A stretch of DNA of 63,358 nucleotides, the filler included, from Hausera hauseri (Eukaryota): the NCBI GenBank assembly GCA_046269625.1. It is 11 parts of 11 records of this genome, joined end to end, with 100 filler letters (N's around TTAATTAATTAA, not from the genome) between each part and the next. Parts side by side here need not be neighbours in the genome. Positions count along the whole stretch, not along the records: positions 51,544 to 59,182 come from JBJURY010003680.1; positions 59,283 to 63,358 come from JBJURY010777313.1; 9 more parts are not named here. One strand, written 5' to 3'. The notes below the pieces were generated by a model that saw nothing but the letters and a program-made list of their open reading frames with translations, had not been told where the DNA came from and made no database searches. Positions 58,039-63,358 of this stretch are shown here, piece by piece. Numbering within the stretch: the first letter of the stretch is position 1; the number at the start of each line of letters is the position of its first letter. The position numbers were made by a program, and so were the translations under genes.

Positions 58039-58604
58039 GATCTTTAAGTTAAAACTATAAAGTTTTGTTCAGTAAATTTACTTTCAAAGTTTTAAAATAA
58101 TTTTAATGTTCTGTGATAAATAAAACCTATAAAAACACTCTTTTAAATCCTGTATATGTTCTTATTTCCTATATGTTGTATTAAAAGCTAGAAAAATTTC
58201 ATTAATCTGATTTGGAAAAATTTGTTAAGATGTGGGTTAATTAAAATATACAAAAGCCCTCTAATATTAAAATTTACAAAGTAATTGTCTATGTTAGGTA
58301 TATCTGTTAATTCACAAATGCTTTGTAATTTGTTATCTGTTATGTATTAATATTATAAGGACTTTGGTAAATTTGTAAATTGGAGTTGGAGAAACTCTGT
58401 TCATCTGTGATTCATTAAAAGCTACAAAAGCTCTGAAGCAAGTTAAAATTTAAAAACCCAGTTGTTTATGTAAATGTATCAGTTACAAATGTCTTGTTAA
58501 ATGTTAACTGTGGTTTTTACTAGCACTCACTCAGCTTTCCTGATATAATTTTCCAAAAAAAGAATGAGGGAGGATATTTCTTACTGGACTTCAAAGTACC
58601 AAAT

Positions 58605-59182
58605 TAAGTTTTCTTATAAAGCATTGCAATATTTTAAGTTGAAACTGTTATCTTGGATGTGATTATTATTTAAGTTAGATTTTAAACATGTTTATTTAGG
58701 GATTTAAGGGATTATAATGTCCTGCATATCTCCACCAGTAATGTAGTGAAGTTTACTATAGGGCTACATGAGCAACCCACATTCAACTACATTAGCTTAA
58801 TTGAAAATTGTTAAAAAGTTGAAATGTTAGTTATCATTGTTAAAACTGATCTCTAGTCACAAATGAAAAAAAGAATGGTTCAAAAACTGTATACTAAAAG
58901 GAGAATATTACTTACACACTTTTTTTGTTTTCTTCTTGTTGTTCAAATTACATTTGTAGCAACTTTAGAGGCCTCTATTGCTGTATAAGTACTCACTTCT
59001 ATAATATAAATAATTAGTTTAACAGTCCACCACATTATTGTTTAAAAAGTTTACCACTGAGTTTTCAAAGCACATAGGAAATATTCAATTTTTCTAGCAT
59101 TACATAATTTTTTAAACGGCTATCACTTTTAGTAAAAATTAGGACCACTCCAGTCACTATTTCAAAAAGAAAGCGTTCTTCG
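58605..59182 (-). repeat. 5' LTR (truncated by contig end)
   Basis: Ends ...CTTA followed by ATT and the PBS-like TGGT; repeat of 51544-52016. Confidence 0.8.
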
Positions 59183-59436
59183 NNNNNNNNNNNNNNNNNN
59201 NNNNNNNNNNNNNNNNNNNNNNNNNNTTAATTAATTAANNNNNNNNNNNNNNNNNNNNNNNNNNNNNNNNNNNNNNNNNNNNTACAATTTTCTTTAATAA
59301 CTAAATTATTAATTGAATCAACACATTCACTAACAAATCTTTTTTCTCTAATGTCTATTACATCTTTTCTATCAATTCCAGTAGTCCATCTGCCATCATT
59401 TGCCGTAACAATTGGTAGAAATTGACGTTTTTCAGC

Positions 59437-62400
59437 TCAAGGAAAAGCTGTTGTGTCACCGACAACGATAATTATCTCAGCCATGAACATTTGCTGGTTA
59501 TGTGTCAAGTCGCGATACTGGAGCTCGTACTTGCTCAGGTCCAATACCATTTTCCCGATGTAACTTGGACGGTCCAATACGACTTCTCTGTTTAACAGCA
59601 CTGCAACCAATCCATCGGCAATGTTCATTGACTGCCGAAACTGCGTCTTACTCGTGTACGTGACCAACCGCTTTTAGCTATTGCATAGGCGTTCACTGAG
59701 CCGCTTTTCAGTTTCTCTACTGTTTTTCCATAGAGAGAATTGTTTCTCCGCTTGTAGAAGTCCTTTTTGAACTTTGTACAAGCTGCGGCTCGTTTTTCTG
59801 AAATTCCGTCAATTTTTGCCATGAATATCGGCGCCTGATTGAATTTGATTGCGAGATGCAGCTGTGTGACTCGTACACTAAGCTGCATGTAAAACTGTAG
59901 CAGACGTCAATGTACCACATAATATACCTTCGGTTCATACGTCATGAGCAGTTTTTTCAGTTTTGAGCCTGGCGGACATTAGTTAAATGGTGCGACCAGT
60001 AAATCGTCCAAAACGTCATGCAGCTTAGCTGGTACCACAAGATCGACCTCCATCAGGTATCAGACTGAGCCTGCCATGTCCGTTCGGGGTAGGTTGACCA
60101 TTATATTGTCCAAATCTTGTCTGTCGACTATCCATTCAAATGAATCATACGGCAGGGGTTGCAAAAGCGCCCAGCCGTAAAGGTTATTAATATCCATATA
60201 CAGCAGTGATGTGCTATCGGTAGCACTGACCTGATGCTTGTTGACAAATGTCATTTCGCCACGAATACCAACATCAAACAGCCGGTACATTTCCGGTCTT
60301 AGAGCAGCTCAGTCTCGATCCAATGACATTAGAGCTAACGCCAAACTCATTCCCGGTATGAAACAAAAGTTGAGTGGCTCCAGCCTAACTTCGGCCAATG
60401 CTTTCGCTTGAAAGGCTTGGAACACATCGGCTAACAGGTACACGCCCAGTTTAAGATACAAGACATGTAATCCAACATGTTTCTACAGCCGAGTTCTGTC
60501 CAACACCTCTGTGATTTCCGGTATTCATCCTCTGCGATACTTGTCCATCGCAGCGGTAATTCCTCTTCTGTCTGGAGTCGCTCACACGATGTTGCAAAGT
60601 CATATGGGAATATGCCTTTGCTGCGTCAATATGTGGAGAACTGCGTTGAGGTTATTGGCACATCCGGCAAGGCATTTTCCAGCTTCGCCAGCGATTCATT
60701 GAGAAATTGCAATGAATCAAGGAAGCGCACCTGGAACCGGTTTGTGCGTGCTGACAGAGACAGATACTTCTCCATTGTTGTTGGAATTATGGACAGTTCC
60801 CATTTCAGTATATAGTGACAATCATAACCTCGGAAATTATGAAAGATTACCGGTAGGAATGGCCGCACATGCCTCGCTAAATTAGATGCGTTGCATGATG
60901 CTCCCAGGTATCGACCTGTGATATGGTTGTGATTTGGTACGAATCGTTCTTGTGCATCAAACGATAATGTTTTATGGCACAGATAACATTCTTCACGCAC
61001 ACATTTCCAGCCGTGAAACATGTAATACTGCAGCTGACCGACCGCTTTTATTGGGACAACCAACATACTAACGGCGATTAGAACATGTTTTTGATCATGC
61101 ACGTTGTTCAGTAGTAGAATTGCATCAATATCGGGATATATCACATGTGCCGGACTGTCCGTTTTCTACCAGTCATTGAATCGGAGCTCCTTTTCGTGTG
61201 GCATGACGTACATGGTTGTTTCCGTTAAATTCTGTTTGCACAGTGTCACATGTTTCTCCCATGTTGTTTTTAACCTGAAACCATGCAGACATACAGGACA
61301 CCATTTACATTGTTTGCGCTTTTGGAAAAACTGATGGAGATTCATGTTCAATAGTAGGTCAAAATTTGTCACGGCCACGTAATGAAATTTTTCTGTTTGT
61401 TCCAACAATAACAAATTACAGTGCGTCCATTCGGGTTCCGACTTCGATAAATTATATCAACATGTGAATTCTTGTAAATTTCTTCGTCTGTAGGTATTTC
61501 AACTATTGTATTGTACCGGAACACGTTGATTGACAGTGTTGGAATGGTTTTTAGTTTCATCAGCATCCAGATTTCGTCGAATTGCAATTCGGAAAAATAC
61601 TGCCGATACTGACTTGAACGGTATGCACTATGTCTGTCTAGTTCATCATATTTTAACACGGCCAGAATACTGTAAATGAAACAATATTCGTCGTCAGTAT
61701 TTTTGACATTCACTATTGCATAGGAGTGCTTTAGAGCTTCAGGTGTCGGTATGAATGAACGTTAAGTAAATTATGTCACTCGACTTTGTTATAATAAAAC
61801 CGAGAGTGACAATTTTTATTATTCACCAACCACTGTCCTTTTTGGTTTAGTTGGCGATTATTTCGTCCAGCTTTTCTCCTATGCTGGCAGTGAAATCTTT
61901 GAAATATGGAACTGCTCGACGTGACAAGTACCATTGCTTACTGTCGCCCTGAAGATTCTCAAATTCTGCAAGTGCATAATATTGCACTTTGCACTTGTGG
62001 TGTTTGAATTTATCCACTTCGATTTCTAACCGGTTGCGCACATAAGTGGATTCATGACTCAGTTGAGTTGCTGATTTCGCCGACATGTTTACCTTTATGT
62101 CCATGTACGATCTGTTTAGATCGTACTTGAGAGTAATTGGCGGTTCCTGCTGCTGCTGCTGATGTTCTGTATTGCTGCTTTGCAGGTATTCATCATGACT
62201 TGTTGATGCTTGACGTTTCCTGCTTGTTGAGGAAATACTGATTTTTGCTCTCTGTATTAATATTTCCTTTTTGGACCTCTGAAACTGGTTAAAGTGGTCC
62301 TTGTGCTCATTATAAAATTGTTCATAGTTGACTTCATGAACTATAGAACAAGCGGAACATATAGAGGCGCGCTTACTGTGAACCGTTGTGGCGCCATAGT

Positions 62401-62670
62401 ATTGCTTCATTGCATTATGTCAACCATCAAAGTTGTGTACTGTACTTGTACAGTACCGTGGGTACATGGGGCAATGCACTAGCATCATCTTCTTCGACCG
62501 TGTAAACAGTCCGAGATGATGATTGTGCATCTCATAAAAATCGAGGTACGGACATTGGGCTGAAATATTACACGTCGGACACATATGTATCTCTGTCCAC
62601 TTTGTAATATTTCACCATATGTTAATGGCACGGTTCTGCCTCCTCATGTATGTGAAAGATGCAAGACATG
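59437..62670 (-). pseudogene. Protein-primed family B DNA polymerase of a group-2 Maverick/adintovirus
   Basis: DSGW...VNVKNTDDEYCFIYSILA; CPVCLHGF; ExoI VIYPDIDAIL; CYLC..NHNHITGRYLGA..NL insert; ExoII FHNFRGYD; FLDSLQF; GIFPYD; GIRG; motif A YMDINNLYGWAL; motif B KRRNNSLYGKT; motif C GDT. Many frameshifts and deletions. Confidence 0.93.
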
Positions 62671-62854
62671 AAATATTGATTACATTTCTAAATTTAAAGA
62701 AATAAACATTTAAAATAGATTAAAATTATAAATAAGATAATTTAAAGTATATAAACTAGTAAAATTTAACATTAAGCATAACCCCAATTGCCTTACTCTG
62801 TTATAAACGTTTGTTCCCCATGCTTCTACTACTATTATTACTACTTCAAATCAA

Positions 62855-63124
62855 ATGGAACAGCACATTGAAAGTGAGATTCAGAAACTGACCCATGATA
62901 TTTTAACCGGACATGCGTTTGATGTACAGTTTTTATGTGAGCTCACAGAAACAAGAATAATGATCAGGCGAGAGTATATTGAATTGATAGTCAGATTTCT
63001 CTTCGTAAGACATATCGAGGATGAAATGAGACGAAAACAACAACGACGTATTAATTTCCTCATGGGGCTTGTATTTACTGCTTCGCTTTCTAGTGTAATG
63101 AAAAAGTTGATTAACCGTATTTAA
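62855..63124 (+). CDS. Small hypothetical protein divergent from pPolB
   Basis: 89-aa ATG-initiated ORF with upstream TATA-like boxes; no recognisable family. Confidence 0.3.
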   Translation: MEQHIESEIQKLTHDILTGHAFDVQFLCELTETRIMIRREYIELIVRFLFVRHIEDEMRRKQQRRINFLMGLVFTASLSSVMKKLINRI

Positions 63125-63358
63125 TTAGAAATTTTGCTGTTTGTTTTCGTGAATCAATATAATTTATTTGTTACATTTCAATACCAATACATGCCCTTCT
63201 TTACGGTAGGACATTACGACATGTCCCATTTAACAGAACTCATTCGTTTATATCACTCGCCCGACGGTCCCCGGAGTCACTTTTACAATCTTGATCGACC
63301 TTTACATGATGCACGATACTGTTCGCCCAAAGAGATACTCCGGCGTGCTGAGGAGAAT

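Larger units (their letters stand above)
51544..59182 (-). mobile_element. Near full-length BEL/Pao LTR retrotransposon
   Basis: Direct repeats 51544-52016 and 58708-59182; PPT CCAAGGAAGAA (52380-52370); PBS-like TGGTACTTTGAAGTCCAG (58601-58584); intact gag-pro and pol. Confidence 0.96.

Noticed and set aside
1-63358. rRNA, tRNA, prokaryotic operons or defence systems
   Set aside because: None recognisable; gene content and spliceosomal introns indicate metazoan nuclear DNA.

Overview
Eukaryotic (metazoan) repeat-rich sequence. It is an artificial concatenation of 11 contigs joined by 100-nt N44-TTAATTAATTAA-N44 spacers, with two further 10-N gaps, so adjacency across spacers is meaningless. 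Mobile elements: three decayed copies of one Ty3/Gypsy (Mag-like) family with a conserved -1 frameshift signal, plus a fourth unrelated Gypsy relic; an intact teleost-like L2 LINE; a near-complete BEL/Pao LTR retrotransposon whose gag-pro and RT-RH-IN are in frame and separated by one UGA; and extensive pseudogenised Maverick/Polinton (adintovirus-type) sequence on four contigs, plus a terminus on a fifth. The Maverick genes are pPolB, rve integrase, A32 ATPase, major capsid, duplicated minor capsids, adenain and core proteins, with accessory dUTPase, a TBP-like gene and a PC4-like gene. Host-type genes: a glucosidase II alpha pseudogene fused to a PNKD/glyoxalase-II fragment, a divergent RhoGAP, an LDLa-PAN-LDLa-SRCR gene with 43-50 nt introns, and a degenerate exonuclease-3xRING gene. 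The most notable items are the Maverick-borne transcription module (TBP-like, PC4-like, conserved TATA promoters), the probable stop-codon readthrough in the BEL element, stacked Maverick termini, and the fish-like LINE inside an invertebrate-like contig. All family calls come from motif recognition by eye; no database search was run.
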